Notes: a model not told the origin generated them from the letters alone. Shown: positions 43,589 to 58,353, numbered from the stretch's first letter. The stretch: 64,000 nucleotides of DNA from the human T2T-CHM13v2.0 reference genome, Homo sapiens (GCF_009914755.1 NC_060936.1), one strand, 5' to 3'. Numbers and translations: made by a program.

Positions 43589-45242
43589 AATTTCAAAACA
43601 AGATTCAAGGAATCAGATATTCAGATATTATTGCTTAGGCTCTATTCATTGTGACTGAATATGTATTAAATAATTGAGGTAAGTGTTCTGGGTTTAGTCT
43701 AAAAAATAATGCTGAATACCTTGGCCTTATTACACTGAGAACCCCTCTTGATCTCAGTTTTTCTAGCAATAGGATATTAAGTTCTGCCCTTCCAAATTAA
43801 TTCCCAGGAATATTTCGTTCAAAACTGATAGTATATGCTGTGGAAATATGATTTATTTTGTGTATCACTTCTCATACATCAGCATCTTCTAAAGAACTTT
43901 GCCTTTGTAACTTTTTCAGTTACCAAGAATGATAATCAGTTTGCTTAATTTTTATTTCTGTTTAATACTCTATGTGACAGAGCAATCAGTAGAAGCTACA
44001 AAAAGTTGATTCTTCTCAAGGCACTATTATAGCAATTGACCTTACTTATTTGTTACAAATATTTTTAAAATAAAAGCACCACTAATATAATTTTTTTAGT
44101 TTTTTTAATCTTAAGAATGTATTTGTTTTTCTTACTTGTCCTGTTTAGTCATGCTACAGAATTTTAGTTAAAATATAAATACCCAAACTTCATACACTAA
44201 AGGCATATTAGTATTAACAATTGGCGTTATTGTTGGAATGCTCATACACTCATCATGAAGTGAAAGGAAACAAGTGATAATTGAATTCAATCACAATTCT
44301 GTGGTTCTGTATGGTGCACTCAAGCAAACCATTAGATATTTCTTTGTTAGAAATTAGCCACTTTAGATTTCGGGAGAGAAATACAACTCTATATGAATAA
44401 TCACACGGAGAAACTCTTTTTAGTATCAAAGTTCAAGCCATAACATTTTTTAAAATAGTTAACTATTTTCATAGTAATGAGCTCCATATAGTTATGGAAA
44501 GCAACTTGATTATAATGTATTATTAGTTATCTAGGGTTTTAAGCTATTTCAGGGAGGTACTGCCAGAATGTCAAAGTAAATAAGTAGTACTATTGAACGA
44601 TTTGAGCTTCAAGAAAAATAAACGGAAATTTTTTCTATTAGGAGTTTTAAATAAATGCAAGTACAAAATGTTTTACAACTAGTTTTATTTTTCTCTTTTG
44701 ACATTTTAAAAATAAGTCATACAGTTTTTTTCCTTTTGCATTAGTTCCTAGTGATATATAAAATTTGTATCTCTCTGAAACTCATACTTGACAAAAGGCG
44801 TTTAAATTATATGATACTTAGAGACAATGAGAAGTCACAGAAACTGCATTGACTATCAAAATTTTAGTTAGAAAACAATAGTTTGGCTGTTTTCTTTTCT
44901 TGTTCAGCTTCTTAAAGATATTCAGCAAATGTACATGTTTAATTAAGGGAGAAACTATGTACAATATTTATTTTTTTTTTAAAAAATCTGGCCTCTATTT
45001 AAGCACTGTATCAAGAAAATCATAGGTTTTATTCAGTTTTCTAATCTGATCACAAGCTGAGTGACTCGTGTAAAATGTTTATAATAAGACTTGGTACATT
45101 TGAAGAGAGTGTGGTTAAGTGTGGATAGGATCAGATTAGAAAGCAGGTGATCACATTCAGTCAAAAAATACTCAGAAAACCCACTAGAGCTGGGCACTAT
45201 GTCAACATTGGGGAATTCCTCAGGTGCCCAAGAGGCTTCCTG

Positions 45243-45339
45243 CTGTATTTTAGAAATGCACTATTTTACATTTTACCATTTCTCACACTGTGATGCCTCT
45301 TATAACAAATAAACATCTTAGCTTCAATGAAACATGGTA
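45243..45339. mobile_element. MER104-like (TcMar-Tc2) MITE
   Basis: Degenerate TIRs CTGTATTT...ATGAAACATGG. Internal ATGCAC...ACATTTTA...CATCTTAG. Confidence 0.5.
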
Positions 45340-46708
45340 GTTCTAAATCCCTTTACTAAAATGCATTATTTAGGAGAATTAGGAGACTAAACTGCCTGGA
45401 ATGAAGAGCATAGTGTTAAAGATATGAGATCTTGATTCTTTGACAAATGTTGTTATATCACTGTGTGAGAGATCTTATATTGATATTTAAGCATTATGCT
45501 TATTAATAATGTGCATGTATGCAAATACTTTAATTTTTCAAGTAGTGACCTTCTTGAAGCCAAGGGCAGTATTTTTTTTCTTCTATTTCTTCAAAGATGT
45601 GGAGAATAGGCACTTAAGATATATTTATGGATGAATGGAGACATGATCATTGAGACTTGAGCTACAAAAGGAAGACTTCATCTTTTTTTTTTCATTCAAT
45701 TTGTATTTCTCTTCCATAAACAACAGATACTTTGTAAGGAGTCATTTGTTTGAATTTTAAAATTATAGGTGTTATAAAAAATTTGTGTATACATATGCAC
45801 ACTTACAAACACAAAATTTTCTTTTTATGATAAAGGCCATCATCAACAATATTGTGCAAATATTTACTTTCCCCTAAAGACAATGAAATCATTACCCTTA
45901 TCTGTATATATATTTTGAAAAAATACTATATTAAAAAATAAATAATTTTAGATGTTTTGGCATTTGACATGCTCACAATTATGACTGAGTCTATAAGATT
46001 ATTGCAAAATCCATTTGGGGTTCTCTGGAAATAAAATACAAAGCACATAATAGGCTCCAAATAAATATTTGAAGATGGGCTAAGGTTATGTTTCTGGCTA
46101 GCTAGCATTTTCCTCATGACCCACGATTTGTGTGCAGGTTCATGTAGCCTCCATTACAGAGCCAAGATTTCTCTGCTTTTCCCAGAGAGAGAGATGGAAT
46201 CCCACAGATACGGCTGTGTGAGTTTCCAGGAAGTCCCTTCTCATGCACTTTTAGAAGTTTAACTAGGTTAAGGTAGCATCCTGCTTGTGCTGTTGTAACC
46301 ACAGGATTTAGGTTTTGCCACTCACTCAGGGAGTGCCCCTAGCTTCCAGGACCACACACCAGGTCTTCTGGAGCCCTGCAGAGGTGGTATCCTTTCTCCC
46401 ATCCTTCCACTTTCCTCCCGACTCAGTCCTCCCGGGGTTTGTTAACCCTTCTATTTTGTATTTTGTAGTTTCAGCTGTCTCCTGGTTTCATGAAAATAGA
46501 TTTCTTCTGTGTTGGGTATTTCTTGTTGCTTTTGAGTAATGCTCAGGAAGGCAAATAATGAATGTCAACTTTACCCCATCATCTTTAAATCATATTTTCT
46601 CTGAAAATATGTTTTCATTAAAACAGAACCCATTGGATGAATTTTTACTGTGAGTAGAATAACTTTATAAGAAATTATTGTCATAATTTATTGATTAAAA
46701 GCTAACTG

Positions 46709-46996
46709 TAGGTGGGAATTGAACAATGAGATCACATGGACACAGGAAGGGGAACATCACACTCTGGGGACTGTTGTGGGTTGGGGGACGGGGGAGGGAT
46801 AGCATTGGGAGATATACCTAAATGCTAGATGACGAGTTAGTGGGTGCAGCACACCAGCATGGCGCATGTATACATATGTAACTAACCTGCACATTGTGCA
46901 CATGTACCCTAAAACTTAAAGTATAATAATAAAAAAAAAATACTTCTCAGTACCAAGAACCCAAAACAAACAAACAAAAAAAAAAAAAAAAAAAAA
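46709..46996 (+). mobile_element. 5'-truncated L1PA2-like 3'UTR with a short 3' transduction
   Basis: GAGATCACATGG, GCATTGGGAG and GACGAGTTAGTGG diagnostics. 13-bp TSD AAAAGCTAACTGT (46697-46709 / 46997-47009) at a TT/AAAA site. Confidence 0.93.
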
Positions 46997-48415
46997 AAAA
47001 GCTAACTGTTCTCCAACTATTTATTTCCCCCACCGCTGAAATATTGCTGCCTCCTTACCTCTGGCTCTGGGCAGGCCACATTTATAAACTAGATTCTGCC
47101 CCACCAGGAATAATGTAAAATACTCATTACTACCTCCTAAGTTGAAGCAAATAGGTTGATTACCATTAAACAAGGTCATTTCACTGTTGATCCCCAACTT
47201 CCCACCCTCCAACCCCTGTAAACATAGAAGAGAATTTATCTACTTTTGGATAAATATTATTCTAAATCTTTGCCTTTTATGCTGCTTGGTGGACATATTT
47301 ATAACCTTTGCCATCATAAATAGTGTTTCTCTGGATCACAAGATTGTTGCTATTATATTATTTGTTTGAGTTTGTGTTTAGCATTCTGCTAATTAGACTG
47401 GATTTCTACTCTGACTTTATGTACATATTATTATCATCTTTTAAGGTTTTCCAGTGTTTGGAGGATTTAAAAATCTGATGATTTCTTAACATTTTTGTGG
47501 ATGTTCTGATGCTGGTTGACCCTTCTCTTATGACTCTGAACCTCCCTGAATGTACTCAGCATTGCCTACTCAGTCTAAACTTCTAGTTCTCAGTCCATTG
47601 CCATTTCCTGAAACCCCAGCCTCTGCCTCAGCAAAGCCAAAGTGAATATCTTATCCATATAAACAGAACCTACTGCCACTAATTCCCTGCTATGTTAACC
47701 ATCTATCAGTAAGCACTGAACATCTTCAGCCATGCTAATTTTTTTAACGATGCAGAAAATAATATTCTCCACAGTCTTAAGAAGTTGAGTAGAAGCTATT
47801 TGTTAAGTACTTTATGGCTAAAATGAAATATGTCAGTTTAAAGCAGATAATGTTTCAAGAACCAAGAGAAGCACAACATGAAAAGCATAGAAAGAGTGCC
47901 AAACTGGAGCTGAATGAACAGCTGTGGCCTAGATCAGAAAAGCTATAACAGTGCTGCTCTCAATTTTAAGTGAATCCTGTGAAAGTCCTGAATGGCAGAT
48001 CTTCAGAGAAACTATTTTTAAATAAATATCCATGTATAAAATTAAAGAATTTATATATACATATATGCACACAGAGAGCAGTCGGTGTCAGGAACTAAAA
48101 GCTTGGTGTCTTAAATGTCTCACAAGCTTTTTGTAATTTTTTTTGCACCTCTTTGTTTACCTCCTTATAAATTAATTATAGATACTTGTGCATTCGAATT
48201 TGGAATTTGGGGAATTTAACAATTAATATAATGGTAGAATGTTTGAAATAACTGAAAATATATCTAATAAGCTTAAAGAATAATATGTTATTTAATTTTT
48301 AGGAATTGTTATGAAATTTCACCACAAATTATTTTGCTCAAATACCTAATATTATTAATAAAAGCATGTTACAAAATACTAATATATTAAAATCAAATTA
48401 AGACAAAAAACTTGA

Positions 48416-48549
48416 TGCTGGGTGTAGCGGCTCATGCCTGTAACCCTGTTTACTTGGGAGCTGAGGGAGGAGGATCAGTTGAGCCCAGGAGTTCAAAGCC
48501 ACAGTGAGCTATGATCGTGGCACTGCACTCCAGCAGCCTGTGTGGCAGA
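48416..48549 (+). mobile_element. FLAM / free Alu monomer
   Basis: GCTGGGTGTAGCGGCTCATGCCTGTAA...GAGCCCAGGAGTTCAAAGCCACAGTGAGCTATGATC. Confidence 0.8.
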
Positions 48550-48739
48550 ATTTTAATTAATTGACTAGTTGGTTTGTAGGGTTCGTATTAATTGATGAGA
48601 GAGGAACTCAAATGTTCAGGCAATTATTTGTTTCGGTGAGGGCTTCTACATTATAAGGAAATTCAGGAGATGATTAGTATAAATTTGAAATGAAGAAAAG
48701 CTTCCTACTAAGTTAATATTCAAAATGTGTAGAAAAAAT

Positions 48740-49314
48740 AGACATATTGACTACACACAAAAAGAGTATGGTAAAATATATTACAAAGTTCAAAGACATG
48801 ATTGGTTAGGAAAAATATTAGCAAAATATGGGACAGATACAGAGTCAATAATTTTAACATCAACCAATGTCTATAAATTGAGGGAAATAAAAGAAAAAAC
48901 ATAAAGTCATTAAATGATATGAATGAGAATTTCACAGAAGAATAACAAACTTAAGGAAGTACACTAGTTAAATTTGAACCCTATTAATTCAGGAAACTTA
49001 CTAAACGCACTTCAGAAATAGTCAGATGGCTCTTAATCCAAATTGCATTCTATAATTTAAAAATAAGTGATGCTTTATTCTAACTTGTTAGAGTTCAAAT
49101 AGCCAATTAATCTGTGACTCGATTTCCCAACTCATTAGTAGCCTGGGAAATGCAAATAAAAGAAATAATAAGGTATAATTTTTAGTTAATCAGATTGGCA
49201 AAAATTTTAAGATGCAACATCCAGTGTTAGCAAGAATATGGATAAATGTACATCCTAATTCATTATCAAATTATAAATTGATTTCCCATAGAAATAAAAG
49301 ATTAGTATGTAAGA

Positions 49315-49352
<38 letters not shown>

Positions 49353-50350
49353 GCAGACATGGATATATATTGCAGCATTGCTCATAGAAAAAATTAATAA
49401 AGAAAACAATCTAAAGAGACAACAGTAGGTGAATGATTGAATAAATGGTGGTGCTTTCACTCCATGGAATATTAAAGTTATTTTAAAGTATGTATTTAAC
49501 AAATAGGTATTCAGATGAAAGGATACTCAGGATATATTGCTGGGATAAGGAGTTTACAAAATATTGTGCTCTGAATGATCTAATTTTAGTAAAACAATAC
49601 AGCAATAACATCACTATTTAGACGGCTTTATATGTTTGTGTATATTTACATAAGCATGAGTAAAATCGTGTATATATCAGGTTATTAAAAATGATAATTG
49701 CAGACAAAGATGAGAGTTTGAATACAAATTTCATTTGCAATTTGGGAAAAGAATTTAATAAAGTAAAAACTTCAATATAGACATTTAATAAAAATAAACA
49801 CAGCTCTTTTCTATCTGGTATTTATTTTTGTGTAAGAAGTGAGGTTGTAATCAAATCTTAATTTATTTTTCCAAAGATGAGTTAGTTGTCTGAAAACCAT
49901 TTATTGAATGCCCCATCTTTTCACCCACAGTTTGAAATGTTATCTTTATCATACGTGAAATCCTCATATATACTGGCATCTATTTCTGGGTTTCTGTTCT
50001 TTTATATTCATTGACCACATTCCGTATTGCTACCACACTGCATTAACTTCTGTAGCTTTATAAAATAATCTATCATATAACTGAAAAACTCTATCCTTAT
50101 TAAACTTCATCATAATTTTCTTAGATATTATCACATGTGAATTTTCATACAAACTCAAGTATTATTTTACAAAATTCCAAAAAATTTCTGGTAGATATAT
50201 GATTCAAATTACATTTAAATTATAATTTTGTTTAGATAAAATTAATATTTTATACATTTATTTCTCCGCCAGATATGCATTTTATTTATTCAAGTATTCT
50301 TTCAGAACTTTAGGAAAGTGTTTATTTTCTTATCAGTCCTGCACACTTTT
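48740..50350. mobile_element. Old L1M fragments (plus ~48740-49790, minus ~49810-50350) with (CA)n at 49317-49348
   Basis: GGAAATGCAAATAAA...CAGATTGGCAAAAATT, and antisense AAACCATTTATTGAAT...TACCACACTG. Confidence 0.6.
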
Positions 50351-51387
50351 TGAGGATGGGTTATGAAGTTACATAACAAGCTATCTGATTCAGCCTTAGT
50401 TGAACAAAACTACACTACTTAAGTCTGAGCCCCAATAATTCAGAAAATTACTAAACACATTTCAGTGGCTATAAATAGCTAGATGGTTCTTGATCTAAAA
50501 GGCATACATATCCCTAAAATGTATAAATAAATGATACTTTAGTTTAACTTCTTTGTTCTTATTCTTTATCTAATGTACCTCATAATAATATTTCAACATA
50601 TGAGACAAAAGAACATGCAACTGTAGTCAATCACAATATTTCTTAACTCTCTCAGGAAATTTCTAGATAAAATATAGTATATTTCCCAATGTATATCTTG
50701 AGTTATAGTGTTACATACAAAAAATATTTTAATGTATTTGTTTATATTTGAGATAACTTCAGAGATAAATATCTATAACATAAAAATATTTAACATTAAA
50801 AAAACAAGTATGGTATGCCTAATATATACTAGATCACAAACCAATAAATTGCGTTGAATTTTTTTTTTTTGCAGTATAGCAAAATTTACTCAACATTCAT
50901 TTAAACATTCATTAATAGTTTCGAATGCTTTGAATGTTCTAGACAATGTATTACATTTTGAGGATATAACAATAAATACTAGTAAAGTATACCTACAAGT
51001 AAGTAAGCAAGTAAAACACAGGGTGTGATCATTGCTGCTTTAGTCACAAGCCCAGGGTGCACAATGGGTTTTTTGTTTGTTCCAGTTCCTGGTAAGATGA
51101 GGAATGTGGTGTTTCAGGGCAGGTTTCTGTGAGGAAGTGATGTCTAATATGAGAAACAAAGGAGGGATAAACATTAGCATGTGGAAGAGAGGCCAATAAT
51201 AAAGATTCCAGGCAGATGCTTCAGTGTGAGAGAGTGTGGGAGGTTCAGACATTTAAGCCCGGAAGTGGTTTTTAAAAAAATATTCCTATGGGACACATAA
51301 TAATGGCAAATGTTAAAAAAGAGCTCAGTATTTGTTAACACAACACCTATTGACAGAATGAATACAGCTCTATCTACAGATTCTTAG

Positions 51388-51749
<362 letters not shown>

Positions 51750-52516
51750 CATTTGATCCTTTTTAAACTGTTAAAGTATTTAAAGATGTCAAAACAGTAT
51801 TATATTTTTACCCAATTTTTCAAGAATTAACCTAAAAACGACTCAATGGATATGGCCCAAGTTAATAACAAAATTAGATTTCAATAGGGAATATTTTCTT
51901 CCAGACAAAACAAGCTGAAAAAGAATGAATACACTTACAATTTGCAAATGTACTAAAATATTTAATATGCAGAGCTTGCAGAAAAGTAAAAAGCCCAGAC
52001 TTCAAAAGGGTCAGAAAAGGCAAGCAAAATTGCCTTTTTGGCAGAAGAAATACTAAGTAATTCATGTGGTATCAATACTATTCAATACATTTTCTCTCTC
52101 TGTAGCAAACCTTATATTCTCAACATAAACTGTCTATTCTCATTACACTTTATCCTTTTTGTTTTCCCTGCAAATAGCCAAGCTCATCCTGCCTCCTTTC
52201 CTCTATTTATATAGATTCTGTAATTGTAGTGTTGTCCCACTTATTTCAAGAGTCTCCTCAGTTTCTTCTTCATGAGGCTTTCTGTGAGCATTCTAACCGA
52301 TATCAATCTTCCCATTCTCTGAAGTACCAGTACTATATTGTCAATACTACGCATTTTGCCATCATTCATCAAACAGTGATTGAATAGTGCCTATCTAGTG
52401 CCAGGCACTATGCTAGGTGTCGGGGAAATAATAATAAAGAAGGCATACCACCTTCTCGCAAGTAGCTCACAGTCTTCTCATGGAGATAGATATGCAAACA
52501 ATTATGACTGGAAGTA

Positions 52517-53451
52517 CACAGAGAGTCCCCAATGGTGTACAGCCTAGTAGAGCTGTGACCCCATCCTTCAGACCCCAGAATGGTAGATCCACTGACAGCT
52601 TGTAGTGTGCGCCTGGAAAAGCCGCAGACACTCAACTCCAGCCTGTGAAAGCAGCCAGGAGCAGGGCTGTATCTTGCAAAGCCAAAGGGGCAGAGCTGCC
52701 CAAGACCATGGGAACCCATCTCTTGCATCAACGTGACCTAAGTGTGAGACATGGAGTCAAAGGAGATTATCTTGGAACTTTAAGATTTGACTGCCCTGCT
52801 GGATTTCAAACTTGCATGGGGCCGATAGACCCTTTGTTTTGGCAAATTTCTCCCATTTGGTATGGCTGTATTTACCGAATGCCTGTACCCCCATTGTATC
52901 TAGGAAGTAACTAACTTGCTTTTGATTTTACAGGCTCATAGGTGGAAGGGACTTCCCTTGTCTCAAATGAGACTGGACTGTGGACTTTTGAGTTAATGTT
53001 GAAATGAGTTAAGACTTTGGGGGACAGTAGGAAGGCATGATTGGTTTTGAAATGTGAGGACATGAGATTTTTGAGGGGCCAGAGGCAGAATGACATGGTT
53101 AGCTACGTCCCCACCAAAATCTCATCTTGAATTGTAGCTCCCATAATTCCCATGAGTTGTGCAAGGGACCCGGTGGGAGATAATTGAATCATGGCAGTGA
53201 TTTCTCCCATACTGTTCTTGTGGTAATAAATAAGTCTCAGGAGAGCTGATGTTTTTATAAGGGGTTTCCCATTTCTCTTGGTTCTCATTTTCTCTCATTT
53301 GCCACCATGTAAGAAGTGCCTTTCACCTTCTGCCTTGATTATGAGTCCTCCCCAGCCACTTGGAACTGGGAGTCCATTAAACCTCTTTTTCTTTATAAAT
53401 TACCCAGTCTCAGGTATGTCTGTATCAGCAGTGTGAAAATGGACTAATACA
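52517..53451 (+). mobile_element. THE1 MaLR: 3' internal segment plus 3' LTR (53091-53451)
   Basis: THE1-int GACCCCAGAATGGTAGATCCACTGACAGCTTG. Purine-rich tract GGGGCCAGAGGCAGAA, then TGACATGGTT...GGACTAATACA. Confidence 0.92.
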
Positions 53452-53454
53452 TCT

Positions 53455-54018
53455 CTCTGTTCTCTCTCTTATGTCTCCCTCTTCCACTAATGAGAACCCA
53501 GGTGATTACACTGATCCCACTTGGATAATCCAAGATAGTCTTCCTATTTCAAGGTCAACCTTAATAACATATCTTCCCTTAATTCTCCTTAGCCATGTAA
53601 CCTTACACAGCAGTCCCCAACCTTTCTGGCACCAAGGACTGGTTTCATGGAAGATAATTTTGCCACAGACTGATGTGGGGGCAGGGGAGTATGGTTTCAG
53701 GATGAAATGGTTCCACCTCAGATCATCATATATTAGATTCTCATAAGAAGTGAGCAACCTAGATCTCTCATATGTGCAGTTCACAACAGGGTTTGCGCTC
53801 CTATGAGAATCTAAAGCTACTGCTGATCTGACAGGAGGTGGTGCTCACACAGTAATGTTTGCTCAACCATCACTCTCCTGCTGTGCAGCCTGGTTCCTAA
53901 CAGGCCACAGCTTGGTACTGGTCCATAGCCTGGGGGTTGGGGAACCCTGACCTAACACATTGACAGGTTCTAGAGATTAGATCATGGATATCTTTGGGGG
54001 ACTGTTATTCCACCACAG
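53455..54018 (-). mobile_element. Half of an MLT1 LTR, interrupted by MER1B
   Basis: GGATAATCCAAGAT...TCAAGGTCA...CAGGTTCTAGAGATTAG...TCTTTGGGGG...CCACCACA. Confidence 0.7.
53608..53949 (+). mobile_element. MER1B (hAT-Charlie) MITE
   Basis: TIRs CAGCAGTCCCCAACC / GGTTGGGGAACCCTG. 8-bp TSD ACCTTACA / ACCTAACA. About 340 bp. Confidence 0.88.
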
Positions 54019-57000
54019 TACTAATAATGGAAGACTGTTATCTACCATTATTCTACCATGGTGCTAATAAAATGTCTGACCTCTCTGATCAGACAAGAAA
54101 AAGTCAGCTTTTGGGGATCTGCAGAGACTGAAAACAAGAATTAACGCCCTCTCTGCCTTCAGAAAATGTTGCACCCTGAATAATATGGTGAAGACTGTAA
54201 ACCTTTCCTTTCCCTTGGGCTTGGAATTGTACCCTTCCCGGGAGGTACATCTGTTGAATCTGTGTTGTGTGTGATAAGGCCTGCTGGGTTAAAAGCAAAA
54301 GAACTTACTTCCTACTTTCAGTGCTATCTTTGGAACTTAATTTAGCAATTTTATTGATGGAGTATTGGTTAAGATTTTACTGGCTGGTCATCAGATTAAA
54401 GCTGATCCTGACTAGATATGGTTATTCAGAAAATTCAAGTATCATTTCTGTTAGTAGATAGATAGATAGAAGCATTGTTTTAGCAAATTTTATGCAGACA
54501 GCAAGTCTAAGCCTTATTAATTACAGGCTGAGAAATTCATCTAGCCATTTATTCAACATGGATTTCTGAATTCTACTGTCTGCAAAGCAGTGAGCTAAAA
54601 AGTGAGGATGCAGTAGAAATAAAGACTGATGTTGACTTATCTACATAAACTTAACATATTACTAGGAAACAGAGATGTAAAACTACTAATTAAACAATGA
54701 ATTATTTAACTACAATTGTGGCCAATGCTATAAAGAAGAACAAAGCTCTATCCATCCAGTAATTCTCCAACTAACATTGATTGGGTTAGAAGGAAGAGAA
54801 CTCACAAAAAGGAAAAGCAAAAATGTTACCTGTTTGGTTCACCACTGTGTATGTATCACTTTGCACAGCGCATGGCATTTACTAGAAACTTATTAAATAC
54901 TTAATAAATAAAATCAAATGCCATAATAAAAAACAGGGTGTTTTTTTACTAAGAACTACATTATTAAAAATGTGTAATCTTTAGACAGCCAAGCAGCCCT
55001 ATATAAACCACATTTCTCATAGGTTCATACAAAAGGGAATTTTTAATCTGTATTGAGCAACGTATTCCATCCCGTTTTATACCAGGTCTTTGATTAGGAT
55101 ATCTCACAATTTTCTGAGCCCACACTGGAATGGCAGAGAAAAAAACTGGGTCTGATATCTCAGATAGCATAGTTAATAGAGCTGGTATGCCGACATCTAG
55201 GATTTGCCTGTCCCCATTGAGATCAGACTTAAATATAGCAGCATGTCTGGTAAGAGACTAACATGAGACCCAAACAGGAACAAAAAGAGAACAAAGTTTG
55301 CAAGTGTCAGTAAAAAGGCAAGCACAGAAATTAGGAGTATTTTTGTTACATTTGTCTAATTGCATTTGTCCAGACTACATTCTTTTGTCAGGATGCCTTA
55401 TAAAAGTCATTGAACCCACATCCTATGTTGAACTCTTAAAGACTTTCAGGAACTGGAAATATGATAACTGACAACACTTGTCTTCAGAAAAGGAGGGGTG
55501 AAATGAATGACAGTCATGTTTTTCTGATCTAAATCAACAAGAAGTAAATTAAAAGTAAGTACACAGAAGGGGGGACAAAATAGCTTTATTCCTCTTGTTT
55601 TCAGAAGATGTATAACTTCATATGTAGTATGAAAATTAACCCTATAGTCTTCTCACCCTATGTATCACATTTTCTTCCAAAAGGAAACCAAGTGTAGCCT
55701 TTTTTATTCTTACTCCTCTTTTTCTTTAAATCTATCCCAGAAACATTAAGAAAGGCAAAGTAGTCTCACAATTCTTTCAGTCAAAGAGAAAATAACCTTG
55801 AACTCAAACAAAGAACGTCTATCATGTAAAGCAGAGATGAAGGAGATCTGATTAAAATCAGAATTCCCATCACTACATCTTCACTTGCCACACCAAAATC
55901 AGAAGCTATTGATTCTTTTAATTAAAAAAGATCTGATACAGAAATACTACATTGAGAGCAATCCCTTATGAAAACGTCTGTCAAGATTTCTATTTTTTGG
56001 CTCACACCTCAGAGATAGACATGCTTAAATTTGCAATTAAATATTACAGGACCATGATGCATACCTGGCCATTGAAAAATCCCAAGGGGAAAGAGAATAA
56101 AAACAAGAGAAGAGAAATGCAAGAAAGTGTGTATATGCTTATGTGAAAAAGGGAAAAGGTGACAACAGCCCAAAACACAGAACAATGAGGCAAAGGAACC
56201 AAATAGGAAAACAAAAAGCAAGGTAAAAACTAATGAAAAATCAACTATTTAAAATCAGGGTGAATTATGCAATGATCAATCAAATCTCCAAAGGTATATA
56301 ACCAAAATACTATTGAAGTTTAGAATGAGTGCAGACATGTTCCAAATACCCCCATGAATAGATTATCTGTGCATTAGCCCTAATATGTGAATAGACCTTG
56401 TTTATTTTGACTCTATGCCTCTCTAATAGTGTCATTCTACAAAGTTAATATTAAAGATAGGCCTTAGCTAAAAGAAAAAATGGAAGACAATGTAGTTATA
56501 ATATTTTTTTTACTAAAAACTGGTAATACCTATTAATACAAAGGAAATATCAGCTTTACGGCAATATCCATATAGACATCAATTAATGACTTTTTATAGT
56601 CATTTTCTCATGTATTATTCATACATATGTAAACAAAGTAAGAAAAGGGAATAGGAATTGGAAGAACAGAGAATATAGAAGAGAGGTGAAGAAAACAAGA
56701 AAGAAAGAATAAAAGAGCCTTCACAAATAAGCTGGGTCATTTAATTTTCATAAGTTATTTCAATTTTAAATTTAAAATATGTCAAGTATTTTGAAATACT
56801 TATGCTTTTTCTGTTTATTAAATGGCAAACTGGTTTAACATTCTTAGGTCTGGGACCATGATGCTGACATCTAAAGGAAAACTGATTCTCTCACATTTAT
56901 AAAAGTGTCCTAAAAATGTATTTTCTCTGTGTATTACTAATAATGAATTTATCTCCACCTGAGACACACTCTTTTATACTGCACACAGGATAATGCTTTA

Positions 57001-57075
57001 ATGTAAAATACAGCATAGAAGGAGTAAAACCACTACAACAAGATATGCAATTCTGAGTAAAAAATAAGGAAGGCA

Positions 57076-58353
57076 AAAATTTTCTCCCATTCTGTAGACT
57101 GCCTGTTCACTCTGATGGTAGTTTCTTTTGCTGTGCAGAAGCTCTTTAGTTTAATTAGATCCCATTTGTCAATTTTGGCTTTTGTTGTCATTGCATTTGG
57201 TGTTTTAGACATGAAATCCTTGCCCATGCCTATGTCCTCAGTGGTACTGCCTAGGTTTTCTTCTAGGGTTTTTATGGTTTTAGGTCTAACATGTAAGTCT
57301 TTAATCCATCTTGAATTAATTTTTGTATAAGGTGTAAGGAAGGGATTCAGTTTCAGCTTTCTACATATGCCTAACCAGTTTTCCCAGCACCATGTATTAA
57401 ATAGGGAATCCTTTCCCCATTTCTTGTGTTTGTCAGGCTTGTCAAAGATCAGACGGTTGTAGATGTGTGGTATTATTTCTGAGGGCTCTGTTCTGTTCCA
57501 TTGGTCTATATCTCTGTTTTGGCACCAGTACCATGCTGTTTTGGTTACTACACTTCTCAAAAGAAGAAATTTATGCAGCCAAAAGACACATGAAAATATG
57601 CTCATCATCACTGGCAATCAGAGAAATGCAAATCAAAACTACAATGAGATGCCATCTCACACCAGTTAGAATGGCAATCATTAAAAAGTCAGGAAACAAC
57701 AGGTGCTGGAGAGGATGTGGAGAAATAGGAACACTTTTACACTGTTGGTGGGACTGTAAACTACTTCAATCATTGTGGAAGTCAGTGTGGCAATTCCTCA
57801 AGGATCTAGAACTAGAAACACCATTTGACCTAGCCATCCCATTACTGGGTATATACCCAAAGGATATAAATCATACTGCTATAAAGATACATGCACGCGT
57901 ATGTTTATTGTGGCACTATTCACAATAGCAAAGACTTGGAACCAACCCAAAAGTCCATCAATGATAGACTGGATTAAGAAAATGTGGCACATATACACCA
58001 TGGAATACCATGCAGCCATAAACAAGGATGAGTTCATGTCCTTTGTAGGGACATGGATGAAGCTGGAAACCATCATTCTCAGCAAACTATCGCAAGGACA
58101 GAAAACCAAACACCACACGTTCTCACTCATAGGTGGCAATTGAACAATGAGAACACTTGGACACAGGAAGGGGAACATCACACACCGGGGCCTGTTGTGG
58201 GGTCAGGGGAGTGGGGAGGGATAGCATTAGGAGATATACCTAATGTAAATGATGAGTAAATGGGTGCAGCACACCAGCATGGCACATATATACATATGTA
58301 ACAAACCTGCACGTTGTGCACATGTACCCTAGAACTTAAAGTATAATAATAAA
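57076..58353 (+). mobile_element. L1PA4/5-like LINE-1 with 5' inversion (twin priming)
   Basis: Antisense ORF2 to 57549, then sense ORF2 end and 3'UTR from 57550 (TAATGTAAAT, AACAAACCTGCACGTT, CCCTAGAAC). TSD AAGGAAGGCA (57066-57075 / 58354-58363). Confidence 0.94.

Noticed and set aside
54228-54250. Small hairpin TGTACC...TCCCGGGA...GGTACA
   Set aside because: Too short to exceed chance in 64 kb.
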